Counted from the stretch's first letter, positions 17,699-30,975 are shown. The stretch is 64,000 bases of DNA from an uncultured Spirochaetota bacterium (GCA_963745235.1 CAVUXE010000052.1:160001-224000), one strand, 5' to 3'. The notes: a model not told the origin generated them from the sequence alone. A program made the numbers and translations.

Positions 17699-18946
17699 AT
17701 GAATCGGGTGTACCTCGACTGGGCGGCTTCCGCGCCCCCGGAGCAGGCAGCCATCCAGGAGGCCGCGGAGGTGTCCCTGCAGTGTTTTGGAAATCCTTCC
17801 TCCCCTCATGCCGCGGGAAAGGAAGCCGCGGAACGCCTGGAGAACGCGCGCGCACGGCTGGCGCGGCTGATCGACGCCTCGGCCGCGGAGATCGTGTTCA
17901 CCTCGGGGGGGACCGAATCCAACACATCGCTCCTGCTCTCCGTTCTCGACCGCTATCGCCTGGGTGGCGTTGAGCGGCGAAAAGCGCGCGTGATCACAAC
18001 TGCCGTCGAGCACGCATCCATCCACGACCAGGCCCTCGCCCTGGAGGCGTTGGGGATGACCTGCACGGTGGTAAAGCCCCAGCCGAACGGAATCGTTGAC
18101 CCGCAGGCAATTGCGGATGCCCTTGATGCTGAGACCGTGCTGGTTTCCGTGATGCTCGTCAACAATGAGACGGGCGCCATCCAGAGAATCGCGGAAATAT
18201 CCCGCCTCATTCGAGAGTTCTCCGCGCGCCGCGGCAGGAGGATCATCCTGCACACGGACGCGGTCCAGGCCTTGGGCAAGATCCCCGTTTCCGTCGCGGG
18301 CCTCGGAGTGGATGCCGCGTCTTTCAGCGCTCACAAGGTGGGCGGGCCCCGCGGGATAGGTGCGCTCTACCTGAAAGCGGGTGTGGCCCCCGGCTTCCTT
18401 TCCATTGGCGGCGGACAGGAGTCGGGGCGGCGCCCCGGCACGGAGAATGTCCCCGGCGCCTGCGCCTTTGCCAAAGCTGCCGAGCAAAGAGCCGCGAAGC
18501 TGACGGACAACCACGCCTGTGCAGCCGCGCTGGCGGACCGTCTTGTGACGGGCCTGAAGGAGATACGAGCGTCCCGCATCTTTCCGGAAAGCCGAACCGG
18601 CAGGGACTCCGAGGCTTTTTCCCCGTACATCGTCTCCGCGGGGTTCCCCCCCCTCACCGGGGAGATCGTGGTGCGGGTCTCGGACGCCCAGGGGTTCTGC
18701 ATTGCCACCGGGTCGGCATGCTCCACGAAGAAGAAGGACCACACCAGGGTGCTGGAAAGCATGGGGATGGATCACCAGACGGCGCTTTCGGCCATCAGGA
18801 TCTCCATCGGCCCTTCCACCATCGAGACAGAGATCGACGGCTTCCTTGCCATGCTCACGGAGCAGGTTCCGCCGCTCCTCTCCATCTCCCAGGGGCTTGG
18901 CGAAAGCCATAAGGCTCGCGACGAGCGCGCCGGGGCGCGCGGATGA
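17699..18946 (+). CDS. iscS: Cysteine desulfurase (IscS/NifS class)
   Basis: YLDWAAS, GNPSS, FTSGGTE, SAHK, TGSAC. Confidence 0.9.
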   Translation: MNRVYLDWAASAPPEQAAIQEAAEVSLQCFGNPSSPHAAGKEAAERLENARARLARLIDASAAEIVFTSGGTESNTSLLLSVLDRYRLGGVERRKARVITTAVEHASIHDQALALEALGMTCTVVKPQPNGIVDPQAIADALDAETVLVSVMLVNNETGAIQRIAEISRLIREFSARRGRRIILHTDAVQALGKIPVSVAGLGVDAASFSAHKVGGPRGIGALYLKAGVAPGFLSIGGGQESGRRPGTENVPGACAFAKAAEQRAAKLTDNHACAAALADRLVTGLKEIRASRIFPESRTGRDSEAFSPYIVSAGFPPLTGEIVVRVSDAQGFCIATGSACSTKKKDHTRVLESMGMDHQTALSAIRISIGPSTIETEIDGFLAMLTEQVPPLLSISQGLGESHKARDERAGARG

Positions 18947-20119
18947 GCGAGCCCCGCCGGCAGACAGACGGCCTGTTCCTGATCAAGTACGGTGAGATAG
19001 CGCTGAAGAGGCGAAACCGCGGGGCATTTGTGAAAAGCCTCAAGGACTCCATTCGCGCCCACCTGCCGGACCTTCCATTCTCCGTGCATGAGACGTTTCA
19101 CCGGGTCTTTGTCGGGTTCCGCCCGGAGGACAAGGATCGGATTGCCGAAGCTCTTGGCCGCACCTTTGGCGTCGTCTCTTTCTGCGAAGCGCTGCGCGCT
19201 CCCCGGGAAATGCCCGCAATAGAGGAAGCAGCCATCGGTCTGGCCGGCCGCCTCATTCGAGACGGGAACCAGGTTCAAGGCCGAGGTGAGGAGGGCGGAC
19301 AAGTCCTTCCCGCTCACATCGTACGAGATAGCGTGCAGGATCGGTGACACGCTGCGCGCTCGCTTCCCCGGGTTGACCGTGGACGTGCATACCCCTGATT
19401 GGGTATTGTCCATAGAAATCCGCGAGCATGCGTACCTGTATGGGCCAGAGCTCCCCGGACCATACGGCCTGCCGGTGGGCAGCTCGGGGAAGGGAATGCT
19501 CCTTCTGTCAGGCGGAATCGATTCGCCGGTGGCCGGATGGATGATGGCGAAGCGAGGGATGTCACTGGAGGCCGTCTACTTCCATTCCCCCCCGTTCACC
19601 TCGGAAAAGGCCCGGGAGAAGGTTGAGATGCTTGCGCGGATACTTTCCCGCTATGCCCCGGGCATCGTCCTGCACGTGGTGAACTTCACGCCCGTGCTTG
19701 CGCGCATCAAGGAAAAGGCGAAGGACGAGGAGGTCACTCTGCTGCTGCGGGCGTGCATGATGCGCTTCGCGACGCTGCTTGCGGAGCGCCGGGGCGCAGA
19801 GTGTCTGATAACGGGTGAGAGCCTGGGCCAGGTCGCAAGCCAGACGGTCGAAAGCATCCATTTCACGGGAATGCTGTCTGACCTGCCGGTGTTCCGGCCC
19901 CTGATCGGAATGAACAAGGAAGAGATCATTGCCGTTGCGAGGAAGATAGAAACGTTCGACACGTCCAACCTTCCCTACCAGGACTGCTGCGTTCTTTTCT
20001 CCCCTGAGCACCCGCTGATTCACCCGGAGGTCCGCCGGATGAAACGCGCGTACGATTGCCTCGTGGCTGAGGCGCTCATCGTGGACGCTCTGGAGAAGGC
20101 GGAGCTCGTTTCGGTGTGA
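18943..20119 (+). CDS. thiI: tRNA 4-thiouridine synthase (frameshift near 19270)
   Basis: IKYGEIALK, RRADKSFP, SGGIDSPVA, GESLGQVASQT, DCC. Confidence 0.92.
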
Positions 20120-20164
20120 GGCTGATGAGAGCATGACCAGAGCAGTCTGATCACGACGGCGCGC

Positions 20165-20482
20165 TTACTTTTCCGAGGTCTTTCCGCCAGCGGGCTCTTT
20201 CGGCTTCTCCGAAGTCTTTTCAGACGCCCTTTCCGCGGGCTTGTCCTTTTCCCTGCCCGGTTCCTTGCTCGAGCCGCCGTTTCCGCCGCCAGTCAACGCT
20301 GAGCTCTTCTTGTAGTCGGTCGTGTAAAACCCGCTGCCCTTGAAGATCACTCCCATGCCGCCGCTGATGGTGCGGCGCACCCGGCTGTTGCACTTGGGAC
20401 AACGCGTGAGCGGCTCGTCCTTGATGCTCTGGAAAGCCTCAAAAGTATGGCCTTTGGTGCACACATACTCGTACGTCGGCAT
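20165..20482 (-). CDS. FmdB-family zinc-ribbon protein
   Basis: MPTYEYVC, CPKC, IFKGSGFYTTDY. Confidence 0.9.
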   Translation of the reverse strand: MPTYEYVCTKGHTFEAFQSIKDEPLTRCPKCNSRVRRTISGGMGVIFKGSGFYTTDYKKSSALTGGGNGGSSKEPGREKDKPAERASEKTSEKPKEPAGGKTSEK

Positions 20483-20630
20483 ATTGCTCCTGACTCCTGA
20501 ACATGGCAGATCTGCGCTCATTCACTGAATGCAGTGATTCTTTTGTAAGAATATAGCAACTCACGACCGATGGGGCAACGGGGGATGGGAGCGCCCCTGA
20601 GGCCGGCGGTGCCGCGGGCACCAGGCCTCC

Positions 20631-21398
20631 TCAGGTGACGCGAACGGGCAGCCCGTTTTGCCGCAGGTAGCTTTTGATCTGCTCGATGGTCCAGTCACCG
20701 TAGTGCACCATGGAGGCGATGAGAGCCGCATCAGCGCGACCCTCCTCGAACACCGCCAGGAGGTGCTCCGGCCTGCCCGCGCCCCCGGAGGCGACCACGG
20801 GGATTCCTACTCCCTCCGAGACGATGCGGGTCAGGGGGATCTCATAGCCGTCCCGGGTCCCATCCGCATCTATGGAGTTGAGAACAATCTCCCCAGCTCC
20901 GAGTGCTTCCGCTTTTCGCGCCCACTCCAGCGCGTCCAGGTCGGTCGGCGTTCGTCCGCCATCTATGACGACCCGGTAGCCGGAGGGCATTGCCGGATCA
21001 CGGCGGGCATCCATGCCGAGCACGACGCATTGGCTGCCGAAAAGGGAGGCCCCGTCAGAGATGATGCGGGGAGCGCGCACCGCGGCGGAGTTCACGCTGA
21101 CCTTCTCTGCCCCCGCTAGTAGCACCTCGCGCATCTCTTCCCGGGAAGAGATGCCGCCGCCGACCGAGAAGGGGATGAACACCTGCTCTGCCACGCGGCG
21201 CACCGTATCGATGCGGATTTTCCTTCGCTCCGCTGACGCGGTGATGTCGTAGAACACAAGCTCGTCGACCCCATCCTCGTAGTAATGCCTCGCCATCTCC
21301 ACCGGGTCACCGACGTCCACGTTGTCCCTGAACCTGATTCCCTTCGTCGTCCTTCCGTCCTTGACGTCCAGGCACACGACAACCCTTTTTTCAAGCAT
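20631..21398 (-). CDS. hisF: Imidazole glycerol phosphate synthase cyclase subunit
   Basis: [27 protein letters not shown]. Confidence 0.95.
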   Translation of the reverse strand: MLEKRVVVCLDVKDGRTTKGIRFRDNVDVGDPVEMARHYYEDGVDELVFYDITASAERRKIRIDTVRRVAEQVFIPFSVGGGISSREEMREVLLAGAEKVSVNSAAVRAPRIISDGASLFGSQCVVLGMDARRDPAMPSGYRVVIDGGRTPTDLDALEWARKAEALGAGEIVLNSIDADGTRDGYEIPLTRIVSEGVGIPVVASGGAGRPEHLLAVFEEGRADAALIASMVHYGDWTIEQIKSYLRQNGLPVRVT

Positions 21399-22041
21399 TG
21401 CCGGCGCCTCGTGCGTCCCAGCATCCATCCCACGCAAGGAAGTTCGAGATGAGACGGAGCCCGACGGGCCCTGACTTCTCCGGGTGGAACTGGACGGCAA
21501 CGACATTGCGGGAGGCGACCGCGGAAACGAAGGTCTCCCCGTATTCGGTCTCACCGGCAGCAAGCGCGGGATCCGCCGGTACAGGATAGTAGGAGTGTAT
21601 GAAGTAGAAGGAGGAGCCCTGCGGCAACCCGTCAAACACGGGGTGAGGGATGGTGAAATGGACGGCGTTCCATCCCATGTGGGGGACCTTGAGGCCGCTT
21701 GAGCGCGCGAAGCGCCTCACGTCCCCGGGGAGCAGACCCAGGCAGGGGGTGTCCCGCTCCTCGGAGTGGCTGAAGATAACCTGGCAGCCGATGCAGATGC
21801 CCAGCATCTTCCTGCCGGAAGCGTAAAAGGACGTGAGCGCCTCATCCAGCCCTGTGCGGCGAAGCTCTCCCATGGAGGCCGCGGCCTCTCCGTCTCCCGG
21901 AAAGATCAGCGTGGAGGCGGCTTCAACATCCGCGGGGCGCGAGGTGACGATGAAATCCGCGCCGAAGTGGCGAAGAACGTTCTGCACGCTGGAAAGGTTG
22001 CCCGCGCCGTAGTCAAGGACCGCGATCTTGTCTTTTCCCAT
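21391..22041 (-). CDS. hisH: Imidazole glycerol phosphate synthase amidotransferase
   Basis: DYGAGN, GICIG, VPHMGWN, QFHPEKS. Confidence 0.95.
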   Translation of the reverse strand: MGKDKIAVLDYGAGNLSSVQNVLRHFGADFIVTSRPADVEAASTLIFPGDGEAAASMGELRRTGLDEALTSFYASGRKMLGICIGCQVIFSHSEERDTPCLGLLPGDVRRFARSSGLKVPHMGWNAVHFTIPHPVFDGLPQGSSFYFIHSYYPVPADPALAAGETEYGETFVSAVASRNVVAVQFHPEKSGPVGLRLISNFLAWDGCWDARGAGNA

Positions 22042-23040
22042 TCAGTTGCCCTGGTTTGTCGCCGGCTGGGCGGTTGCGTCCGTCCCTGTGGGCGGCGCGC
22101 CGACAGGTGGCGCCTCCGCGCCGGCCGGCGGCCCGTTGAGAAGAGTGAGGATCAGCGGCATGATTTCCGCGTCACTCACCGCGACGCCCTTCAGCCTGAC
22201 ACTGGTCCCGTCCGGGGCCACTGAGATTGTCTTCAGCCGCTGTGCCGCGTTCGACACATTATTGGACTTCATCCATGTGACAATGCCGATCCGCAGGATG
22301 AGCGAGAGCACCTGGGCCTGCTTCTCCGTGTCTGTATTCATGGTGGCGCTGAGCTCATAGCCGTCCGCGGTTTTCATCGCATCCACCCAGACTTCGCGGA
22401 TGGGAAGGCGCGGACGATCGTCCGACTCCGCGGCCGCTGGCTGATCCCCGGCTGCCTCCCCGATTCCTCCCGGCAGCTGCGGCATGTACAACACGATATC
22501 AGTCCTGGTCATGTCACTGGCGACTTCGGGAGGAATGGGCAGAGGGATTGGCGTCTTGTACCGGGAGAGGAGAGTCTGCATGTCTCCATTTGCCGCGAGG
22601 AGCACCCCCCCGCTGGGGAGACTGAGCTGGAGGTTCGCCTTGTTCCACAGGTAGAAGCTGCCGTCGGACCCTGACACCTGCTTCCATTCCTTCTTCCCGG
22701 AAAGGCTCATGCCGATGAGAACCGTGGGATACGACCCCAGCGCAACCGCCGCGAAACGCAGGGGCGCGCCTTTCTCCATTTTCACGGAGACCAGGAAGCG
22801 CTTCGTCATTCCCGAAAGCGTGGCGACATCGTTGTAGCCGGGGCCGCCCTCCTTCAAAGTCTTGCGAATGAGGTCAGCGGACGGCGGCACGGAGACCGAG
22901 ACGTACATGGTTGCGTCCCCGGGGAGCACGCCCATCCACTCCACCGGAGACCGCTGAGGAGGAGCCGAGGCGCACGAGGAGAGCAGGAGGAGCGCGCCGC
23001 ACCAGCAGAGCCAGCGGGTGAGTCTCCCGAAGGATCTCAC
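22042..23040 (-). CDS. Hypothetical lipoprotein
   Basis: Lipobox LLSSC; GTG start overlaps the ileS stop (GTGA). Confidence 0.7.
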   Translation of the reverse strand: MRSFGRLTRWLCWCGALLLLSSCASAPPQRSPVEWMGVLPGDATMYVSVSVPPSADLIRKTLKEGGPGYNDVATLSGMTKRFLVSVKMEKGAPLRFAAVALGSYPTVLIGMSLSGKKEWKQVSGSDGSFYLWNKANLQLSLPSGGVLLAANGDMQTLLSRYKTPIPLPIPPEVASDMTRTDIVLYMPQLPGGIGEAAGDQPAAAESDDRPRLPIREVWVDAMKTADGYELSATMNTDTEKQAQVLSLILRIGIVTWMKSNNVSNAAQRLKTISVAPDGTSVRLKGVAVSDAEIMPLILTLLNGPPAGAEAPPVGAPPTGTDATAQPATNQGN

Positions 23041-26000
23041 GATGAAGCCTTGCGCAGGGAAACCGTGCACTTCTCTTCACCGCAGTCTATCTCCACAGCG
23101 TCCGTCGCCGTGTCCCATTTCCAGGAAACCGCGAGCGTTTCGGAGAGCAGGTGGTCGCGGTGATTCTCCGCCGCGCTGCGCAGCACGTTCGACCCCGAGA
23201 GCGTGAGTGAAATGCGGTCCGTGACGTCCAGGCCTTTGTCCTTTCTGCAGGTTCTGGATCCCCCGCACGAGGTCCCGGACCAGTCCCTCCTCGATCAGCT
23301 CCGGGGTGAGCTCGGGGTCCAGGGCGACCGTCAGGGAGCCGTCGTTTATCACCTTGAGGTTTTCCTTCTCGATGCGCTGGATCTCCACGGCTTCGGGGGT
23401 CAGGGGGAAGCTGCGGCCGTCCAGCTCGAGGGTGATCTCTCGGCCTGCCAGCAGCGCGTGGATCTGGCGGAGCTCGAGAGCCTCGATCTTTTCCGCGGCG
23501 GCCTTCATGTCCTTGCCCAGCTGCTTGCCCAGGGCCCGGAAATTGGCCTTTGCCTGGTACTCCACCAGCTCGTCCTCGTTCTCGCGGAAGATCACGCTCT
23601 TCACGTTGAGCTCGTCCTTGATGAGGTCCTCCATTTCCTGCAGGATCCGCCTCTCCTCGGCGTCCCGCGTGACCACATGGAGCGCCTTGAGGGGCTGGCG
23701 GGTCTTCAGGGCGTAGTCGGTGCGCAGGCTCCTCCCCATGCCGACGGTCTTCATCGTCACCTTCATCTTGCGCTCGAGCTCGGGGTCCCGGCGGGACGGG
23801 TCGTAGACGGGGAAGTCGCAGAGGTGGATGGACTCCGGCTGGGACGCGGTCTTCAGGTTGGCGTAGATCTCCTCCGTGATGAAAGGGATGAACGGGCTGC
23901 CACAAGGATGAGCTTCATGAGGGCGGTGTGCAGGCTCTGGTAGGCCTCCTGCTTGTCGGCGTCGTTCCCCGAGCGCCAGAAGCGCCGGCGCGAGCGCCGG
24001 ATGTACCAGTTGTTGAGCAGGTCGATGAAGCCGACGAAGACATCCACCGCCTTCTGCAGGTCGTAGTGCTCCAGCTGCTCGGTGATTTCACCGACCATTC
24101 TCTCCGCCTCGGAGAGGATCCAGCGGTCCAGCGGATTGGCGAGGTCGCCGCGGGGCAGCCGTCGACGGTGACGCTGTCGATGTTCGCGTAGGTGACGAAG
24201 AAGCTGTACGAGTTCCACAGGGGGATGATGACGTTCTTCACCACCTCCTTCACCCCGGCGTCGGAGAAGCGCAGGTCCTCCGCCTTCAGCACCGCGGAGT
24301 CCAGCAGGAACAGCCGCATTGCGTCCGCGCCGTAGGTGCCGATGACCTCCATGGGGTCCGTGTAGTTGCGCGCGGACTTGGACATCTTCTTGCCTTCCGA
24401 GTCGAGGATCAGGCCGCTCACGATGACGTTGCGGAACGTCGGCTTGTTGAACAGGGCCGCGCCCAGCACCACGAGGGTGTAGAACCAGCCCCGGGTCTGG
24501 TCGATGGACTCGGAGATGAAGTCCGCGGGGAAGTGCGCCTCGAAGCGCTCCCGGTTCTCGAAGGGATAATGGTTCTGGCCGTAGGGCATGGCGCCGGACT
24601 CGAACCAGCAGTCGAGCACTTCGGGGATGCGCCGCATGGTGCCGCCGCACGAGCAGGGATAGGTGAGCTCGTCGATGAAGTGCTTGTGCAGGTCTTCGAC
24701 CTTCCTGCCCGTCTTCTGCTCCAAGCTCCGCCCGGGAGCCGATGCATTCCATTCGCCTTGCAGGAGTCGCAGCGCCAGACGGGGATGGGGTTGCCCCAGT
24801 AGCGGTTGCGCGAGATGGCCCAGTCCCGGGCGTTCTCCAGCCACTTGCCGAACCGCCCTGCCTTGAGGTGGGCGGGCATCCAGGAGATGGCGTCGTTCGC
24901 CGCGAGCATGTCCGTCTTGATCTTCTCCACGCTCACGAACCACGCCGAGATGGCGCGGTAGATCAGCGGGCTCTTGCAGCGCCAGCAGTGGGGATAGCTG
25001 TGCGTGTACGGAGTCGTGCCGGACCAGCGGTTGCCCTGCTCCTTCAGCTTCCGGATGATGGACTTGTCCGCGTCCTTCACGAACTGCCCTGCCCAGTCGG
25101 GGACCTCGGCGGTGAACTTCGCCTCCTCGTCCACCGGGGCAGACGACGGGAATGCCGGAGCCCTTCAGGAGGTTGTAGTCGTCCTCGCCGAAGCCCGGCG
25201 CGATGTGGACGATGCCGGTGCCGTCTTCGGTGGTGACGAAATCTCCGATCCAGGTGCGGAAGGCGCCCTTCTCCTTCAGTGTCGGCGAAGAACGGGAACA
25301 GCGGCACGTATGACCTGCCCGGCCAGCTCCTTGCCGGTGTAGCGGGCGACGACCTGGTACTGCGGCCGGGTCCTTGTAGTAGGCGGGAAGCCTCGTCCTC
25401 CGCCAGGATGTAGTGCTCCGCGCCGTCCTTGACCTTGACGTAAGTGATGTCCGCGCCCAGGGCGAGGCCGAGGTTGGACGGCAGGGTCCACGGCGTGGTG
25501 GTCCACGCGAGGAAGAACGTGTGCCGGCTCTCCCTCCACGGCGAACTTCACCGTGATGGCGGGGTCCGAGACGTCGATGTAGCCGCCGAGGTTCAGCTCG
25601 AAGTTGGAAAGCGACGTGGAGCAGCGGGGGCAGTACGGGAAGGATGTAGAAGCCCTCGTAGATCAGGCCCTTCTTCCACAGCTCGCTCAGGACCCACCAG
25701 ATGGACTCCATGTAGTCGGGATCCATGGTCTTGTAGTCGTGGTCGAAATCCACCCATCGGCCCAGGCGCGTGATGACCTTGCGCCATTCCCGCGTGTAGC
25801 GCAGGACGATGGACCGGCAGGCCTCGTTGAACTTCGCCACCCCGTACTCTTCGATCTGCTTCTTGCCCGAGATGCCCAGCTCCTTCTCCATCTCGTACTC
25901 GACGGGAAGGCCGTGGCAGTCCCAGCCGAACCGCCGCTCCACCTTGCGCCCCTTCATGGTCTGGTAGCGGGGAATGACGTCCTTGACCGTGCTGGGAATG

Positions 26001-26177
26001 AAGTGCCCGTAGTGAGGCAGGCCGGTGGCGAACGGGGGGCCGTCGTAGAAGACGAACTCCTCCGCTGCCCTCGCGCTGGGAGATGGATTTCTCGAAAATC
26101 TTTTTCTTCTGCCAGAAGGCGAGCACCTTCTCTTCCATCTGCGGGAAGCTCACCTTCGGGTCGACGGGCTTGTACAA
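23037..26177 (-). CDS. ileS: Isoleucyl-tRNA synthetase type 2, split by many indels
   Basis: [41 protein letters not shown] across frames; C-terminus DVTDRI...LRKASS* ends at 23037. Confidence 0.93.
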
Positions 26178-26312
26178 AGAGACTGGTCCTCCCTGCGACT
26201 ATATACGGAAAAAAGCCGGCCCGAGTCAAGATAACAGGGCTGACGACGGCCCGTCGGCGGGGCCCCTCCCTTGCTCACGGGCGATCGCTCTGCTTAAATG
26301 CACAGGCAGCAT

Positions 26313-28077
26313 ATGAAAAAATACAGAGAAGCATGGCGCGCCCGGGTCGCCGAGGCCATTGCGGCCGCGGCGGCTGATGCGGGCATCAGCGGCCTGGACA
26401 CTTCCACGCTCGTGACCGAGACACCGCCGAATCCGGACATGGGCGACATCGCATTCCCCATGTTCCCCTTCGCCCGGGCCTTCTGCAAGGGCCCCCCCGC
26501 CATTGCCCAGGAAGTCGTCAAGCGACTCTCCCCATCGGCGGGGAATGCAGACCGTGTGGAGGCGGCGGGCCCATACGTGAACGTGCGGCTCGTCCCGGGG
26601 CCGGTCATCGACGAGTCCTTCACGACATTTCCAGTCAGGGCGCCGGCGTACGGAAAAGAGCGCGCCCTTGCCGGCCATCGCATAATGCTGGAGTTCTCCT
26701 GCCCCAACACGAACAAGCCGCTGCACCTGGGGCACCTGAGGAACGACGCAATCGGTGAGAGCCTTTCCCGGATCCTTCTCGCGGCAGGGGCCACCCTGCG
26801 GAAGGTCAACCTGATCAACGACCGCGGGGTGCACATCTGCAAGTCCATGCTCGCCTACCAGATGTTCGGCGGGTCGGCCACCCCCGAACAGCGGGGATGA
26901 AAGGCGACCATTTCGTCGGGGACTACTACGTGAAGTATGCCCAGTACGCGAAGGACCACCCGGAGGCGGAAGAGCAGGTCCGGGAGATGCTGCGCAAGTG
27001 GGAGGAGGGGGATCCCGAGGTCGTGGCCCTGTGGCGGACGATGAACTGCGTGGGTGATCGGCCGGCATCGAAGAGAGCTACCGGCGGACCGGCGTGACTT
27101 TCGACAAGGTCTATTTCGAGAGCGACATCTACAAGCTGGGACGGCAGGAGGTCCTCGCCGGCATCGAAAAGGGGACTGTTCCAGAAGGACCCCGACGGCT
27201 CGGTGTGGGTGGACCTCACGGACAAGGGCATGGAACGGGAGGTGCTGCTGCGAAGCGACGGAACCTCGCTGTACATCACCCAGGACATCGGGACTGCCAT
27301 CCAGCGATCCAAGGACTGGCCGTTCGACAGGATGATCTACGTGGTCGGCTCCGAGCAGCGCCATCACTTCCAGGTGCTCTTCAGGGTCCTCAAGCGGCTG
27401 GGATACACGTGGGCATCCAGCCTCCATCACCTGGCGTACGGCATGGTGAACCTGCCCGAGGGCAAGATGAAATCCCGCGAGGGCACGGTGGTGGATGCGG
27501 ATGACCTCCTGGACGAGCTGGAAAGGCTGGCCGCGGAGGAGATCCGGACACAAGGAGCGGGAAGAGGAAGTGGCGGACCTCTCAGGCACGGCGCGGGACG
27601 ATTGCGCTGGGCGCGCTGAACTACTGGCTGCTCCAGGTGACCGCGGTGAAGGACATGACCTTCGACCCGAAGGAATCGATTTCCTTCAACGGAAACACCG
27701 GCCCGTACCTGCAGTACACCGGCGCGCGCATCTCCAGCATGCTTCGCAAGTTCGAAGAGCGAAAGGAGAGCTTCCGCGCCGGCACGTACTCCGCGGCAGC
27801 TCTTTCCCTTCCGGAGGAATGGGAGATCGCCAAGTCGCCTCGGCGCTTTTCCCGGAAATCGTCATCGCCGCCGCGCGCGAGCTCAACCCTTCCGTGCTGA
27901 CGGCGTACCTCTTCGAGACTGTGCAAGAGCTTCAGCCGCTACTACCAGGACCACCCGGTCCTGCGAAACGAGGATCCGAACCTCGTGGTGTCCCGCATCG
28001 CCCTGGTCAGGGGGGTGCTGCAGGTCCTGCGAAACGGCCTTACTCTCCTGGGGATTCCGTTTCTCTCCGTGATGTAG
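26313..28077 (+). CDS. argS: Arginyl-tRNA synthetase, split by several indels
   Basis: [31 protein letters not shown], terminal Met. Confidence 0.93.
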
Positions 28078-28086
28078 GCCGGCCAA

Positions 28087-28769
28087 CTAAGTGAACGCGT
28101 TCGTCAGGCTGAAGTCCCCTTCGGACGTCACGAATCCGAGCCTGATATAGGGAGGAAGGCCCTCGGAGGCCAGCCGAAAAGAGAAAGCCCGTGAAGCGGG
28201 GTCCCAGCTCTCTGGTTTCACGGCATCCATGCCCGGCAACAGGAGAGCCCCGGCGGCAGCCGTCGTGATGAAGCGGCCGCTCACCAGGAGCTGCGCGCCC
28301 TCGTGGATGACGCGCAGGTCCTCAACGAGCCTCTCGCAAAACATCAGGACCCACACCTCTCCGCCCGGCGTCGGCCACTCCCCCACCCCGGCATGCGTCC
28401 AGGATGGACCGAGTGCCATTGTTCGATGGGAAGGGCTGCCTTCCCAGCCCCGCTCGATCGAGGCAAGTCGGGGGCCCGCGCCGATGATCTCCCCGACCCG
28501 CGCGTCGGTGCCGCCGTGGCTCCGGAACCGGTCAAGGCCGGTGGACCCGTCCGCGCCCCGATGGCTGATGACGCCTGCCTGCGCGAGCGCCCGCGCCCAG
28601 TCCAGAGCCGTGCGGGAAAGAAGGCGTCTTCCTGGACTGGCGGAGCCCCCGCGGCATGCCGCACGGCATTCAGCCAGGCCAGCGCGCTCGTCTGGGCAAA
28701 AGCTCGGGCCGCAAACCCGAAGGACAAGATGCACAGCCAGACGCAAAGGCGTGCGGGCGGCCTTTTCAT
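28087..28769 (-). CDS. CAP/SCP-domain exported protein (frameshift near 28620)
   Basis: Signal peptide, LNAVR, SHRG, GEI, WEGSPSHR, GVG. Confidence 0.75.
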
Positions 28770-28831
28770 ATACCAGTGGATTCTATATAGTGAGTCGGGT
28801 TTTTCCAAGGAAAATCTCCCGGAGAGACTCA

Positions 28832-30881
28832 ATGGCAGACCTCGACGGAATACGCAACATCGGGATCATCGCGCACATCGACGCCGGGCAAAACCACCAC
28901 CACGGAGCGGATCCTCTTCTACACGGGGAAGACCCACCGCATGGGCGAAGTGGACGACGGGGAAGCCACCATGGACTGGATGGACCAGGAGCAGGAGCGG
29001 GGGATCACCATCACCGCGGCCGCCACCACCTGCTACTGGCGGGACCACCAGATCAACATCATCGACACGCCGGGACACGTGGACTTCACCGCGGAGGTGG
29101 AGCGCTCCCTGCGCGTGCTGGACGGCGCCGTGGCCATCTTCTGCGCCGTGGGGGGAGTGGAGCCGCAGTCCGAAACGGTCTGGCACCAGGCGGACCGCTA
29201 CCGCGTTCCGCGCGTCGCGTACATCAACAAGCTGGACAGGATCGGGGCGAACTTTCATGGCGTGCTGGAGGAGATGAGAGGGAAGCTGGGCACCGCTCCC
29301 CTCCCGCTGCAGCTCCCCATGGGGGCCGAAAGCGATTTCGAGGGCGCCGTGGATCTCGTCGAGATGAGGGAGGTCAGGTGGGACCAGGATGACCAGGGCA
29401 ACACGCTCCTGTTTTCTCCCATCGACTCCTCTCGCGCGGAGGAAGCCCGGAAGGGGAGGGAGAACCTCCTGGATCACCTCTCCCACATTTCCGACAACGT
29501 GACCGAGCTCTACCTTGGAGGCTCCGAGATACCGGCGAATGTCCTGAGGGCCGCGATCCGCCAGGGCGTCCTGGCTAACGCGTTCACGCCGGTGCTGTGC
29601 GGCGCCTCCCTTCGCAACATGGGCGTGCAGCCGGTCCTGGACGCCGTTGTGGACTTCCTGCCCTCCCCTCTGGACCTGCCGCCGGCCCACGGCCATCACG
29701 CGAAGAAAAACGAAGACGTGGAGGTTCCCTGCAAGCCGGAGGCCTTCGCCCTGGGCCTCGTGTTCAAGCTGCAGGTCAACCGCGAAGCAGGAAACCTGTG
29801 CTACGTTCGCCTGTATTCGGGGAAGCTCAAGGAGGGGCAGACAGTCTACAACATCAGCAAGAAGAAGCGGGAGCGGATCAACCGGCTCATGCGGATGCAC
29901 GCCAACCATTCCCAGCAGCTGGACCAGATAGAGGCCGGGGATATTGCCGCCATTATCGGGCTGAAGACGTCACAAACCGGCGACACCCTCGGGGTCGAAG
30001 CGTTCCCCATCCTGCTGGAGAAGATGCACTTCCCCGAGCCGGTGATCTCGGTGGCCATCGAGCCCAAGACCCTTTCGGAAAGGAAGAAGCTCGGGGAAGC
30101 CCTCGAAACGCTTGCCCTGGAAGACCCCACATTCTCGGCCAAGGAGAATGAAGAGACCGGCGAGCTGATCATTTCCGGGATGGGAGAGCTTCACCTGGAT
30201 GTCCTTGTGACACGGATATTCCGGGAGTTCAAGGTGGAGGCTCGCGTGGGCAAGCCGCAGGTCTCGTATCGGGAGACAATCAGCGCCGAGGTGACCCACG
30301 CGGAGAAGTACCACCGCGTGATTGCCGGCAAAGAGCACAGCGCGGCCATCACCATCAAGGTAAAACCCGCCCCTCGCGAGGAGGGCAACTCCTTCACCAA
30401 CGCCCTTCCCGACGGCGGGCTGCCTGATGAGCTGGTGAGCGCGGTGGAACGGGGCGTCACCGCCGCCTTCGGCTCCGGGGTGGTCTATGGGTACCCCGCG
30501 CTGGACATCGCCGTCACGCTCCTCGAAGCGGAATACCACCAGACCACGTCGACTCCCATCGCCTTCGAGGCGGCGGGAGCCATGGCCTTCGACGCGGCCT
30601 GCCGGAAGGCACGCCCCATCCTGCTGGAGCCGATCATGGCCGTCGACGTTCTCACGCCGTCGGAGTTCCTGGGAGAGGTGATCGGGAACCTGAACGCGCG
30701 GCAGGGCCTGATCGTGAACGTGGAGAGCAAGCCCGGCGCGGATCACGTGAAAGCGCAGGCGCCGCTTGTGTCAATGTTCGGCTACTCCACCGTGCTGCGC
30801 AGCGCCACCCAGGGCCGCGCCACCTTCACCATGGAGTTCTCTCACTTCGCGGAGAAGGTGGGAGGGTTCGGCGCCTCGTAG
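28832..30881 (+). CDS. fusA: Elongation factor G paralogue, EF-G2/recycling type (one-base frameshift near 28888)
   Basis: [30 protein letters not shown]; divergent domain IV. Confidence 0.9.
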
Positions 30882-30915
30882 CAAGGGCCGCCCCCCGGCC
30901 CCCGGGCCAATTTTG

Positions 30916-30944
30916 TTGACAAAAGCCGGGTGACAGACTACAGT
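30916..30944 (+). promoter_or_regulatory. Sigma70-type promoter of the second EF-G gene
   Basis: TTGACA-17 bp-TACAGT. Confidence 0.65.
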
Positions 30945-30975
30945 ACCAAATCCTCTCACAGTAAGGAGTCACAGA

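Noticed and set aside
26178-26312. T-box leaders for ileS or argS
   Set aside because: The divergent intergenic gap is only ~135 bp and no T-box consensus was seen
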